64,000 bases of DNA from Pseudomonadota bacterium (GCA_041178085.1 JBEGVZ010000037.1:1-64000), one strand, 5' to 3'; positions 45,620-55,523 are shown, counted from the first letter of the stretch. Notes: a model not told the origin generated them from the letters alone. A program made the numbers and translations.

Positions 45620-47254
45620 GTGATTGGAACGGAAACAACAGAAAGCAAGCAAGCCGGAGGTGAAAGCCCCGGCTTCCTGATGTCTTGTATCGTGCAGCTT
45701 GAGGCGATTGTCGAAGACAGAAGCCTTCTGGCAGACCTGGATGAAACCACCCGCACACGACTGGTCAAGGCGGCCGGGATGATTGCCCGACCCGACCGCG
45801 TTGCGATCAAACAACTCTCCCGCGCCTTTCGCAGGCGCGACAGGCAGACGGCAAAGGAAGAGAAAGCTGAAGCGCGGGCGGCAAGCATCGCGGCCAAATC
45901 CGCCACTGGACTTCGCCAAGCCCGTACAAGCCAGGTGTTTGTTGCGCCGGAGAAAACTCTCCCTGCCGACACCGGTCAATCTTACCAGCCCATGCGCCTG
46001 GCAAAACCGCAGGCATGTTACGTATGCAAGTCCAGCTACCAGGAACTTCACTTTTTTTATGATTCCATGTGCCCATCGTGTGGCGACTTCAATTACCAGA
46101 AAAGATTCCAGACAGCCGACTGCCGTGGACGCATCGCTCTGGTCACGGGATCCCGGGTCAAGATCGGCTACCATGCTGCGCTGATGCTGCTGCGTGCCGG
46201 CGCCACAGTCATCGTTACGACGCGGTTTCCCCACGATGCCGCGCTGCGTTACCGCCGCGAAAAAGACTTCTCTGAATGGAAAACCCGCTTACACATCTAC
46301 GGGCTCGATCTGCGCCACGCTCCTAGTGTGGAACTGTTTGCGCAGCATCTATGCGACCGCTTCCAGACGCTTGATTTCTTGATCAACAATGCAGCACAGA
46401 CCGTGCGGAAGCCGCGCGGATTTTATGATCACATGATGAAGACGGAAGAGACGTTGCCAGAGGATCCTGAGGTCTTATCCCTGCTGGCGGGGTTCCATGA
46501 AGTCCGCACACGGATTGAACAGAATCTGGCCGCCAACGATGCACCAGCAATTCCAGGAACTGGACCTCAGCAAAATGCCGGGCGCGGGCTTCTTGCCTAT
46601 GCAACCGGAACTGGCAACACCCCTGCTCCGGGACTTTATGCTTCTGCCCGCATGTCCCAGGTTCCCTTGTTACCGGATGATTTGAGCTGTGGCAGCGACG
46701 TCTTCCCCCCCGGGGAGCTTGATGCCGACCTGCAACAGGTCGACTTGAGGACCAACAACAGCTGGCGCATGCGCCTGGCCGACGTTTCAACGGCGGAGAT
46801 GCTCGAGATCCAACTGATCAACGCCGTCGCGCCGTTTATCCTAAATTCGCGACTAAAGGCGCTAATGCTGCGGCCGGACGAAACGGGCGAAGTGCGCCGC
46901 GACAAGCACATCGTCAATGTTTCCGCGATGGAAGGAAAGTTCACCCGCTACACAAAGACCGACAAGCACCCGCACACCAACATGGCCAAGGCGGCACTCA
47001 ACATGATGACCCAGACGTCCGCGCCGGATTACGTGCGTGACGGGATTCACATGAACGCCGTCGACACCGGCTGGGTCACCGATGAGGACCCAGCGCAACA
47101 CGCCCAGCGCAAACGAAACGAACTAGGCTTTGAACCCCCGCTGGATATCGTGGACGGTGCCGCGCGGATTATCGACCCGGTATTTCACGGGCTGAACACC
47201 AACGAGCACCTTTGGGGCAAATTCCTCAAGGATTACCGCTCAACTGCCTGGTAG
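45620..47254 (+). CDS. Atypical SDR oxidoreductase with N-terminal Zn-ribbon
   Basis: CYVC...CPSC; VTGSRVKIG, LINNAA, IVNVSA, HPHTNMAKAALN, AVDTGWV. Confidence 0.85.
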   Translation: MIGTETTESKQAGGESPGFLMSCIVQLEAIVEDRSLLADLDETTRTRLVKAAGMIARPDRVAIKQLSRAFRRRDRQTAKEEKAEARAASIAAKSATGLRQARTSQVFVAPEKTLPADTGQSYQPMRLAKPQACYVCKSSYQELHFFYDSMCPSCGDFNYQKRFQTADCRGRIALVTGSRVKIGYHAALMLLRAGATVIVTTRFPHDAALRYRREKDFSEWKTRLHIYGLDLRHAPSVELFAQHLCDRFQTLDFLINNAAQTVRKPRGFYDHMMKTEETLPEDPEVLSLLAGFHEVRTRIEQNLAANDAPAIPGTGPQQNAGRGLLAYATGTGNTPAPGLYASARMSQVPLLPDDLSCGSDVFPPGELDADLQQVDLRTNNSWRMRLADVSTAEMLEIQLINAVAPFILNSRLKALMLRPDETGEVRRDKHIVNVSAMEGKFTRYTKTDKHPHTNMAKAALNMMTQTSAPDYVRDGIHMNAVDTGWVTDEDPAQHAQRKRNELGFEPPLDIVDGAARIIDPVFHGLNTNEHLWGKFLKDYRSTAW

Positions 47255-47271
47255 GCCTGGCCCCAGCCAAA

Positions 47272-47631
47272 TCAAGCTTTCTTGACCACCGAAGATTTGA
47301 GGTTCATGGAACCGAACCCGTCAATCTTGCAGGAAATGTCGTGACCGTCCGGGCCATCGATGTTGATGCGGATATTCCGGACTTTAGTGCCGGCCTTCAG
47401 CGCAGTCGATGACCCCTTGACTTTCAGATCCTTGACGATCGTTACCGAGTCGCCATCGCGCAGCTCATTGCCGTTGACGTCCCGGACGACCCCTGAATCA
47501 GCGGGCGCTTCAGGGACAGACTCCCCTGTCGCCGCCGCCCACTCGTGAAAGCAATCCGGACAGTTCCAGAGTGACCCGTCGAAGTAGATATTGACGGAAC
47601 TGCACTTCAGGCATTTCGAAAATCCGGTCAA
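47272..47631 (-). CDS. phnA: PhnA/YjdM zinc-ribbon protein
   Basis: CLKC...CPDCFHEW, DVNGNELRDGDSV, KDLKVKG, LKSSVVKKA. Confidence 0.9.
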   Translation of the reverse strand: MTGFSKCLKCSSVNIYFDGSLWNCPDCFHEWAAATGESVPEAPADSGVVRDVNGNELRDGDSVTIVKDLKVKGSSTALKAGTKVRNIRINIDGPDGHDISCKIDGFGSMNLKSSVVKKA

Positions 47632-47646
47632 GAGATCACCCCAGGA

Positions 47647-48198
47647 CTAATGTTTATCGTAATCACCATGATAGCGGATACCGAGGGCGTTGTTGAAACG
47701 ATTGAGCATGTTGATAAAACCGATCAACCACGTCAATTCGACAATTTCGGGATCCGTGAAGTGCAGACGGAGATCACTGAAAAGCTGGTCTGTGACGCGG
47801 TTCGAGTCGCGGGTAACTACCTCGGTGTACTGCAAGGCAACTTTTTCGAGCGGAGACAACAGAGCTTGGTTCTCGACCGCCACCACCGGATCGTCACTGA
47901 TGCCCAGCTGCCGCATCAAGCTGATGTGAGACGTGGCGCAAAATTGGCACTCGTTCAACAAGGATGCCTTCAGAATCACCTTCTCCTTCAACTGGCGGGA
48001 GAGCAGGCCACCCGGGTACACACACTTGCCAAAGGTAGCAAATGACTCCATGATCTCTGGACGCATCGCTATCGCTTGCAACATCTCGACCACGGGCAGA
48101 CCCTTTTCCTGAAGGGCGCGACTTTCCGCCAGGCTCTCATCATCCTTAACAGCATCGAAAGATTTTTTTACAATATCTTGATCGATCGTGATGCGCAT
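47647..48198 (-). CDS. Carboxymuconolactone decarboxylase/AhpD-family protein
   Basis: SLLNECQFCATSH, LRLHFTDPEIVEL, NMLNRFNNALG. Confidence 0.85.
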   Translation of the reverse strand: MRITIDQDIVKKSFDAVKDDESLAESRALQEKGLPVVEMLQAIAMRPEIMESFATFGKCVYPGGLLSRQLKEKVILKASLLNECQFCATSHISLMRQLGISDDPVVAVENQALLSPLEKVALQYTEVVTRDSNRVTDQLFSDLRLHFTDPEIVELTWLIGFINMLNRFNNALGIRYHGDYDKH

Positions 48199-48292
48199 TT
48201 TGCCAGCCCTCTTTGGAAGACCCTGATAAACCAGGGGTCTGGTGGTTCTAGTCAGATCAGCCACAAACTGCCAGCAGAATCGGAGACCAACA

Positions 48293-49585
48293 TTGAGCAC
48301 AGCGAGGACAGTATGCGTGATCGGGGCAGGCCCCTCGGGAATCACTGCAGCGAAGAATTTCAAGGACCTGGGATTTGCCGTTACCGTCTATGAACGCGGC
48401 GACCAAGTTGGCGGAAACTGGCGCTTCGACGACAAATCTGGCCATGCGAGCGTGTTTGAGACAACCCACATCATCAGCTCCAAGGTCAGTTCCCAGTATG
48501 AAGATTACCCGATGCCACCGGATGCCCCCGATTACCCCCACCACAGCTACCTGCTGAAATATTTCCAGGGATATGCGGATCAATTCGGAGTGACTCCGCT
48601 GGTCCAGTTCAACACGATGGTCACAGGATGTGAGCAAACCGCAGACGGTGGCTGGCTGGTCTCCACAAACCACGCCGGCGATCCCCGTACAACCAGGTTC
48701 GACGCTCTTGTGGTCTGCAACGGCCACCACTGGAAACCCCGCTGGCCGGAATATCCGGGTACCTTCAGCGGTGAGGTTTCCCACTCCCATGAGTTCAAGC
48801 GGGCGGACGCGTTCAAGGGTAAAAAAGTGCTGGTCGTGGGCGGAGGAAACTCTGCCTGCGATATTGCAGTTGAAACCAGCCGCGTGTCGGAAAGAACGGA
48901 CATCAGTTGGCGGCGCGGCTACTGGCTCGTCCCGAAATTCATCTTTGGAAATCCGTCGGACGCCTTCTATTACAAGTTCTCTTTTTTCCCTCGCTGGTCC
49001 AAGGTCATCATCAGCGAAATTCTGCTGCGCCTGCTGCTGGGAAAAAATTCTCGCATCGGACTGCAGAACCCTGACCACTGGTTCGGGTCATCCCATCCGA
49101 CCATCAACTCCGAGCTCTACTACTTCATCCGGCATGGACGGATAAAGCCGCGCGTCGACATCGATCGTTTCGTGGGCAAGACGGTACAGTTCAAGGATGG
49201 TACCAAACAGGATTACGACACGGTCATCTACGCAACAGGTTACTGGATTGACCACCCATTCTTTGACAAGTCGATGGTCGATTTCTCAAAGGGATCGGTC
49301 CCGCTCTACCTGCGTTTTCTGCCGGAAAAATTAAAGAACTGCTATTTCATCGGACTGTTCCAGCCGCTGGGATGTATCTGGCCTGGAGCAGAGCTCCAGT
49401 CAAAGCTTGCCGCCCGCCATCTGGCCGGACTCTGGTCAGCGCCGGCAGACCTTGGCGCCAGGATCCAACGGGAAATTGATCATCCAGACTACAACCAGCT
49501 GAAAACCCCGCGCCACACTATCACCGTCGATGATATTTTTTTCAGGAAGCGATTGCGCAAGGAGCTTGCACGCTCCAGGGCATAG
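48293..49585 (+). CDS. Flavin-containing monooxygenase (FMO)
   Basis: GAGPSG, FSGEVSHSHEFK fingerprint, GGGNSA, ATGY; start uncertain (TTG at 48293). Confidence 0.9.
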   Translation: MSTARTVCVIGAGPSGITAAKNFKDLGFAVTVYERGDQVGGNWRFDDKSGHASVFETTHIISSKVSSQYEDYPMPPDAPDYPHHSYLLKYFQGYADQFGVTPLVQFNTMVTGCEQTADGGWLVSTNHAGDPRTTRFDALVVCNGHHWKPRWPEYPGTFSGEVSHSHEFKRADAFKGKKVLVVGGGNSACDIAVETSRVSERTDISWRRGYWLVPKFIFGNPSDAFYYKFSFFPRWSKVIISEILLRLLLGKNSRIGLQNPDHWFGSSHPTINSELYYFIRHGRIKPRVDIDRFVGKTVQFKDGTKQDYDTVIYATGYWIDHPFFDKSMVDFSKGSVPLYLRFLPEKLKNCYFIGLFQPLGCIWPGAELQSKLAARHLAGLWSAPADLGARIQREIDHPDYNQLKTPRHTITVDDIFFRKRLRKELARSRA

Positions 49586-49609
49586 GCCGGGAAACAGGAC
49601 CACGCTGGA

Positions 49610-51043
49610 TCACAGCAAGCGATCAAAAAGGTTCGCCAGGGGAAGCGCCAGGAAATAGAAGAGTTTCTGCTCGCCGGTGGCTCCCTCAATGAGAACCGTG
49701 AACGGTGAATTGCCATCCTCAAAAAGCCGCTTCGAGTGCTGCAACCTTTTGTTGATATCGGAGATCATTTCCGCGGCGAGTTCGGGTTGATTACGGCAAA
49801 TCAACATCAATTCCGAATTCAGGTTGGCAGATCGCGGATCGACGTTGTAAGTGCCAATCACCACATGCCTGCGATCGACCACAGCGCGCTTAGAATGCAC
49901 CCCCCAACGCTGAGAGGTCTCTGGACTGACCAGCAGCGGGTCGGAGGGGGGCGATCCATCGTAAAGCCTGACATCAATCTTGTTTTGTTGGAGGGGCTTC
50001 AGCGTGAAGGTCATTGCTGACACAGTGTAATAGGCATCCGTCGACGCCAGGCTGTTGGTCAGGAAGGTCTGGCGGACCCCGCGGTCAGCCAGGTCCCGCA
50101 GCAGGGCCATCCCGTCTGGACGCAAAATGAAGTAGGGACTTTCACCTAGAACCTCCTCTTTTGCCTCCCCCAGGAATTCCACCAGACGCTTGAACACCTG
50201 CCGGTTATAGGAGGGGATGCCACTGTAGTCGGTAGCAAAGACAATATCGTTGCAAACGTGGGATCTGGGCGATGCTCCAGTCCCCTTGACCGCAGCTTCG
50301 ATCTTTGAAAACAAACTGGCATTGGCGGCAGGATCGAGGAATGCCTGGTCCATCACCGAATCGGAAGACCCAACTTTCTCCGGATCGGTGGCCAGCTCCG
50401 AGTTCCAGTAAAAAAGAAAGCTGGCACGCATTGTTTTTACCACACTGCCATGAACCAGAATGTCACTGTCCAGGAAGTTGTAATGCGGTGACAGGTTGAA
50501 ATAGTCGTTCCCAATATTTCTTCCGCCCGTGATCGCGCTCACCCCGTCCACCAGAAGCAATTTGCGATGGCTGCGGTGCTGGGAACTGACAAAACGGAGA
50601 GCGCTCGATGTGTTGTAGTAGCGGACTTCGACACCGCGGGACTTGAGGGCCCTTGCGTAAGAAGGACCCAGTTTGAAGACAGGCGCAGCGAAATCCACCA
50701 ACAGCTTGACCTGGACCCCCCTGGCCGCTGCCTGCACCAGTTTTTGCGTCACCAGCTGGGCAGCAAGGTCCAGCTCGTAGATGAAAAACTCAAGCTCGAT
50801 TGAATTCCTGGCCTGATCGATTAATTCGAGGCGCCTCTGCAGGCTGACGAGTCCGTCGTTGACCAACTCAACTTTATGTGGCTTCAGCGATCTGACGTAA
50901 ACCGGATCGGCCTTGATGGCTGGGGGACGATCATGCTGATCCCCCCACCAAAGGAATGCCCCCACCACCACATAAACAAGCACCACCAGACCGAAGACAA
51001 GCCCGATCGTCCAACTGGCAAGTTTGAGCAGGACATGGCGCAA
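49610..51043 (-). CDS. Phospholipase D family protein (ClsC/YmdC-like)
   Basis: Two HKD motifs (HRKLLLVD, HSKRAVVD), GGRNIG, TNSLASTD; N-terminal TM helix. Confidence 0.9.
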   Translation of the reverse strand: MRHVLLKLASWTIGLVFGLVVLVYVVVGAFLWWGDQHDRPPAIKADPVYVRSLKPHKVELVNDGLVSLQRRLELIDQARNSIELEFFIYELDLAAQLVTQKLVQAAARGVQVKLLVDFAAPVFKLGPSYARALKSRGVEVRYYNTSSALRFVSSQHRSHRKLLLVDGVSAITGGRNIGNDYFNLSPHYNFLDSDILVHGSVVKTMRASFLFYWNSELATDPEKVGSSDSVMDQAFLDPAANASLFSKIEAAVKGTGASPRSHVCNDIVFATDYSGIPSYNRQVFKRLVEFLGEAKEEVLGESPYFILRPDGMALLRDLADRGVRQTFLTNSLASTDAYYTVSAMTFTLKPLQQNKIDVRLYDGSPPSDPLLVSPETSQRWGVHSKRAVVDRRHVVIGTYNVDPRSANLNSELMLICRNQPELAAEMISDINKRLQHSKRLFEDGNSPFTVLIEGATGEQKLFYFLALPLANLFDRLL

Positions 51044-51174
51044 TGAGCAAAACCAAAAAAGTTAGGGAGGGATGCCCGCATGAAATGCGGAACACACCCT
51101 CCCTGAATATTAACGAACAACCCTTCGCGCGTCACCTTACCCGTCGATCCAGGGAAGGGTCGGCCAGCGCTCAA

Positions 51175-51603
51175 CTACTTGCTGAAAAGCTGGAGGCCGT
51201 TGGCAATAACATCGGTCTGCTCGACCTCTTGCCCTGTCCTGCGGTCATTGAACACAGTGCGCTTGCTCGCCGTGTAACGATCGTTCCCGGATTGCATGAC
51301 AGTGATTTCCACCAGGGTACCGTCAGATGGGCGGTCATCCCGGGAGCAGAACACACGCTCTTCCGAAATTTCACATTCCAGGCCGCGGGCGATCGACTCA
51401 GAAGTCTCGATCATTTTCCGCTGGGGGCGGCTATAAAAAGCCTGACCCAAGGTGATGTCGTAACCTTCACCTGACTCGGCTATCACCAGCTCGGTCAATG
51501 CACCGTCCACCGGCCTCAGGTCTTTTCTGAAAACAATGTTTGATTGCGCCATGGCATGCGACGCGGTTGAAGCGGCCAGAAAGGCAAATACGAATTTTTT
51601 CAT
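51175..51603 (-). CDS. Hypothetical secreted protein with internal duplication
   Basis: Signal peptide AMA|Q; DLRPVDGALTEL and DDRPSDGTLVEI, IARGL and IANGL repeats; AGGAG RBS. Confidence 0.75.
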   Translation of the reverse strand: MKKFVFAFLAASTASHAMAQSNIVFRKDLRPVDGALTELVIAESGEGYDITLGQAFYSRPQRKMIETSESIARGLECEISEERVFCSRDDRPSDGTLVEITVMQSGNDRYTASKRTVFNDRRTGQEVEQTDVIANGLQLFSK

Positions 51604-51633
51604 GGTTCGGACTCCTTTAAAAAATCCTCACAC

Positions 51634-51672
51634 TTATTATTAATTTTTAATAAAAAAGTCAAATTATAATAG
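51634..51672 (-). promoter_or_regulatory. AT-rich sigma70-like promoter with palindromic operator
   Basis: Minus strand TTGACT-N17-TAATAA; palindrome TTATTAA-TTT-TTAATAA at 51637-51653. Confidence 0.5.
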
Positions 51673-51857
51673 AATTTATTGAACAGCGCCACTGCTGAAC
51701 GGAATGAGGCGTGCACCATCGCCTTTTTATGCCTAAATGGCTGTTTTAAATGAATAAAATCAGCACAACTGGATTCGCCATCGGACCCAGCGCCCACCTT
51801 CCCTTGGACTTCATCGATCTGATAAGATTCAGGAAATTTTCCGCAACGAGGTAGAGC

Positions 51858-52367
51858 ATGCGACAAAAGGTCCTGCAATTGGTGCTGCCCGCGGTCGCAC
51901 TTACGGCAACCATGACAGGGTGCGCCATCCTGCATCACGCCCAGGTCGGCGACATCGACAACCGCAAAGGGGTTGCGCACCGTCCGTTTGAACTCAAAGT
52001 CAGCGAAACCGGCGTCAACATGGAAGAAGCCGGAGACATCGCGAAATCACTCTCCCGCAGCAAACAGGCCAACAAGGACATCGAAAATGCCCTTGGCATC
52101 ATCGGCCTTTTCCAGATGGGGCCGAAAACTGGCAATCCGGTTTTCAACGATGGGTACGCTAAAAATATTGTGAATGACCTTTACCGCGAATGCCCCTCCG
52201 GCCGGATCACCAATGTGGTTTCGATCCGCGAAATGCGCAAATACCCCGGCATCAGTGGCGAGATCGTCAAGATCACAGGCACGTGCACCGGTGACAGGAA
52301 AGTTCGCGGCAAGGGCGGAGCAAAAGCATCTTCCAATGAGCAAGCAAAAGACACGGAGAACCTCTGA
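51858..52367 (+). CDS. Small lipoprotein, paralog 1 of a triplet
   Basis: Lipobox MTGC; YAKNIVNDLYRECPSGRI...ITGTC. Confidence 0.78.
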   Translation: MRQKVLQLVLPAVALTATMTGCAILHHAQVGDIDNRKGVAHRPFELKVSETGVNMEEAGDIAKSLSRSKQANKDIENALGIIGLFQMGPKTGNPVFNDGYAKNIVNDLYRECPSGRITNVVSIREMRKYPGISGEIVKITGTCTGDRKVRGKGGAKASSNEQAKDTENL

Positions 52368-52687
52368 TGCAATTGGCAAAAAGAATCAAGAAAACGTTGT
52401 TGGGCTGTGCGCTGATGATCAATGCGGCTGGCTGCGTATCACTGCAAAGTGTTTCCCTCACCCAGATCCCGGCCAAGCGGGACAATAAGGTGACGGCCTC
52501 CACTGACAAGTGGATCATTCTTGGGTTCAACTTTGACAACGACTACGTGGACAAGCTGACTGAGAAGCTCAAAGACAAGTGCGAGAACGGGCAGATCCGG
52601 GGCATCCTGACCAAAGACGAGACAACCTCTTATTTTCTTGTCTTCAAACGCTCCGTGACGGCCACGGGATACTGCATCAAGGCATAA
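52367..52687 (+). CDS. Small lipoprotein, paralog 2 of a triplet
   Basis: Lipobox AAGC; YVDKLTEKLKDKCENGQI...ATGYC; TGATG overlap. Confidence 0.78.
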   Translation: MQLAKRIKKTLLGCALMINAAGCVSLQSVSLTQIPAKRDNKVTASTDKWIILGFNFDNDYVDKLTEKLKDKCENGQIRGILTKDETTSYFLVFKRSVTATGYCIKA

Positions 52688-52736
52688 TCAAAGGTTAATG
52701 CGAAAACGGAAATTTGGCCTCAACAGGGGTTCCAGC

Positions 52737-53072
52737 ATGAAAGTCATTCAACCACGAAAAGCATTCGCAGCGCTGGCATTCTGCATGTCTGTCGCGACGG
52801 GCTGCACGCACAGCGTCCACATGGTCCATGTCAGCGACTTTGCGCCTCATGAACCATTCGAGGGCGGCAAGGTCGTAAAGGCAACGGGCGAGCAATTCGC
52901 GATCATGGGTTTTGTCAGCGACACGAACTACGTCAACAAAGCTTACGCTTCGCTGCAAGCAAAATGTCCGAACGAAGAAATTCAGGGAATTACCACGCAA
53001 TACAGCACGAGCCACGGCTTCTTCAGCTGGACCAACAAGATCCTCATGCAGGGCCTGTGCCTGGCAGACTGA
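52737..53072 (+). CDS. Small lipoprotein, paralog 3 of a triplet
   Basis: Lipobox ATGC; YVNKAYASLQAKCPNEEI...MQGLC. Confidence 0.78.
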   Translation: MKVIQPRKAFAALAFCMSVATGCTHSVHMVHVSDFAPHEPFEGGKVVKATGEQFAIMGFVSDTNYVNKAYASLQAKCPNEEIQGITTQYSTSHGFFSWTNKILMQGLCLAD

Positions 53073-54377
53073 TCAGCCCAGGCCTGCAGGGATGAATATC
53101 ACGAGCCTTGTATCTGCACCGCCATGGGTAAAGTGAACCGTGCGGGTCTTGTGGGTCTTGTTCAGCGCTTTGACAAAGGCGGCCGATGCTTGCTCATCCG
53201 GCACGATACAGCAGCCGGAAAAACTGACTCCCAATTGAATTTCCAGGTCGGCGATCCGTCCCGCAACGCGCGCAAAATACTTGCGCGCCTCGCTGGCAAG
53301 CTTCAGGCGCTGGCCGTAAGGCGGATTCAACAAAATGGCAAAGTGTCCACCCTCACGGACAAAAGGTCGCAGACTGACCGAGGCATCTGCCTTGAAAAAA
53401 TCTCCCTCGAAAACACTGATCGCATCCGCCGGTATCTGCGTGATTTCAACAAATGACGCGGCGTTGCCACGTAACTCAGTCAGTGCGTCGGCGTGACACT
53501 CAAGGCAGACCACGGATGGAATCTTTCCGTCCACCATCGCACCATTCCCAGATAGCTCAGGCGCCATACGGCCCCGCAGGTGATCGATGGTTGCCGCCGG
53601 GATGCCAGAGAAATCCTCGAATGCGAAGCTGCGCTTAAAGCCCCCTGGCCCGGTGCCAAGGATAGAAATAACCCACTCAAAGGCGAATGTACCGGTGCCG
53701 GCAAAGGGAACAAAAAGCGCATCGAATCCAGTCCGGCCAGATGACTCGATGATCATGCCACGGAGCGCTTCGATGCAAGCTGCAGCCTGGTGCTCGGGCA
53801 ACGGCGCAACCGCGCCACCGAGGTGTTTTTTATACCCTCGCTTGTAAAGAGGTTCACCCGCCAGACTGACGAGCACGCGCAAGCGATTGCGATACAAGTC
53901 GAGCCTCAAGCGCAAGGCAGCATCGGGTGTCAGCGCCAGTCCCAGCGCCTCCACAAAGCGATCCCGTATCCGGGCAGAAGAAACGATAAAGCTCGAGTTT
54001 GCGCTGACGGTCACCTGGGCGGGAAGCGCACCATGCCCCTCACCAATTTTTTCAGGAGCAAGAAAACCCAGAGCCCGGAGGTCAGTTGCCGCCTTTGCCA
54101 GTTGCCCCCAATTGCCGCACTTTCCCTCCCATGCGAGCCACTCCACATCATGGGCAACCGTCAGGCGCATGGTCCATTCCATCGCCTGCCGGAAGTCGAT
54201 GTTCTTGGCTTCCACAATGCCGTCAACGGTCCCGATCACTGGCGTAAATTTGTAACGGGCAAAAGGCTGCGCGGAAATCCGGGCGACCTGCCGCTCCAGC
54301 AACAAATTCCATCCCGGGGCAGGCCGGATCGCGACCGTGGCGGGGCGAGATAAATATTTGGGTGTTTTCGACGCCAA
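53073..54377 (-). CDS. RlmL/THUMP-like SAM-dependent RNA methyltransferase (start uncertain)
   Basis: SLAGEPLYKRGY, APLPEHQAAA, PFAGTGTFAFE, NPPYGQRL. Confidence 0.78.
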   Translation of the reverse strand: MASKTPKYLSRPATVAIRPAPGWNLLLERQVARISAQPFARYKFTPVIGTVDGIVEAKNIDFRQAMEWTMRLTVAHDVEWLAWEGKCGNWGQLAKAATDLRALGFLAPEKIGEGHGALPAQVTVSANSSFIVSSARIRDRFVEALGLALTPDAALRLRLDLYRNRLRVLVSLAGEPLYKRGYKKHLGGAVAPLPEHQAAACIEALRGMIIESSGRTGFDALFVPFAGTGTFAFEWVISILGTGPGGFKRSFAFEDFSGIPAATIDHLRGRMAPELSGNGAMVDGKIPSVVCLECHADALTELRGNAASFVEITQIPADAISVFEGDFFKADASVSLRPFVREGGHFAILLNPPYGQRLKLASEARKYFARVAGRIADLEIQLGVSFSGCCIVPDEQASAAFVKALNKTHKTRTVHFTHGGADTRLVIFIPAGLG

Positions 54378-54548
54378 ATGGTCTTTCTTTCGTTGCGACA
54401 GGACTGGGGAATACCCGATTTGATGCCGAAACACCAAACCCAATAACAGGCGCCGCTGCAGGCTTGCGGGACGCCGGGAATTAACATCATGGCAAAACGA
54501 TCCGAAAAAGACACGGTTGGGACCTTGATATTGGTCTTGGCTGTTTCA

Positions 54549-55523
54549 ATGGGGGTTGTCTTGGCTGGCGCTGCGAAAATGTTCAAACCCGGGGATACGG
54601 TGTTCAAGGCCGGCGACCAGCCGGATGGAATGTACATCGTACGCAAGGGCGAGCTCCAAGTCGTCCTGGAGAGAGACGGGAAACAGGTGGTCCTGGCCAC
54701 GATCAACGAAGGTGGCATCGTCGGCGAAATGGCCCTCTTCGATAAACAGACCAGATCCGCCACCGTGAAAGCCAGCAAGCCCTCCGAAGTGACCCAGATT
54801 ACCATGGCTGATTTCGAGGGGTTGCTTAAGCAAATCCCCAAATGGTTTGTGACCTTGATGGGCGCGCTGTCAAACCGGCTCCGCCAGACCAACGAACGTC
54901 TGCAGAAAGCCGAAGCAGGCGGCGGCAAACCGATGCAAAGCGCCCTTCGCATGATTGCCGTCACCGATCTGGCATGGGCAAAGCATGGCGAAAAAGACGA
55001 AAAAGGCAAAATAGTGATCACCAAATCAGTGCTGGAAAAAGTGCTGATGGAGACCTTGCAGGAACCGCAACCCCGGGTTGAAGCGTTCCTCAAGATCATG
55101 GCCGACGGCGAGATCCTTGTGAAAGCGAGCGACAGCCGGAAGATGCCCGCATGGGGCATGCCCAACCGCTCGTTCGTGCTCCAATTCCCGCAGTTTGTCG
55201 CCGAGTTTGAGCGGGCGAAACCAACGGTCCGCTGCCTGGACGAGAAAATGCTGAAAGTCCTTCAGATCGCGGGATCCTTGGCCCAAAAGAGCCCCTATGA
55301 TCCAGCAACCGTCCCCTTCTCACAGATCGCCGCTGAATTGAAGATCGAGCCTGCGGACATGCCAAACTGGAAAGCTGGGCTCGAGGCATTCAAATTTACA
55401 GGCAAAACCTGTGAATTGACCCGCACCAGCGATGGCGAGGCAATCAAGATCACCAAGGCGGAAACCGCGCGGCTGGTGAAGTTCCACCAGCTCATGACGG
55501 CGTTCGTCAACCAGAGCTTCTGA
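54549..55523 (+). CDS. Cyclic-nucleotide-binding domain protein (Crp/Fnr-like)
   Basis: FKPGDTVFKAGD...MYIVRKG...GEMALFDKQTRSATVKA; start may be 54489. Confidence 0.85.
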   Translation: MGVVLAGAAKMFKPGDTVFKAGDQPDGMYIVRKGELQVVLERDGKQVVLATINEGGIVGEMALFDKQTRSATVKASKPSEVTQITMADFEGLLKQIPKWFVTLMGALSNRLRQTNERLQKAEAGGGKPMQSALRMIAVTDLAWAKHGEKDEKGKIVITKSVLEKVLMETLQEPQPRVEAFLKIMADGEILVKASDSRKMPAWGMPNRSFVLQFPQFVAEFERAKPTVRCLDEKMLKVLQIAGSLAQKSPYDPATVPFSQIAAELKIEPADMPNWKAGLEAFKFTGKTCELTRTSDGEAIKITKAETARLVKFHQLMTAFVNQSF

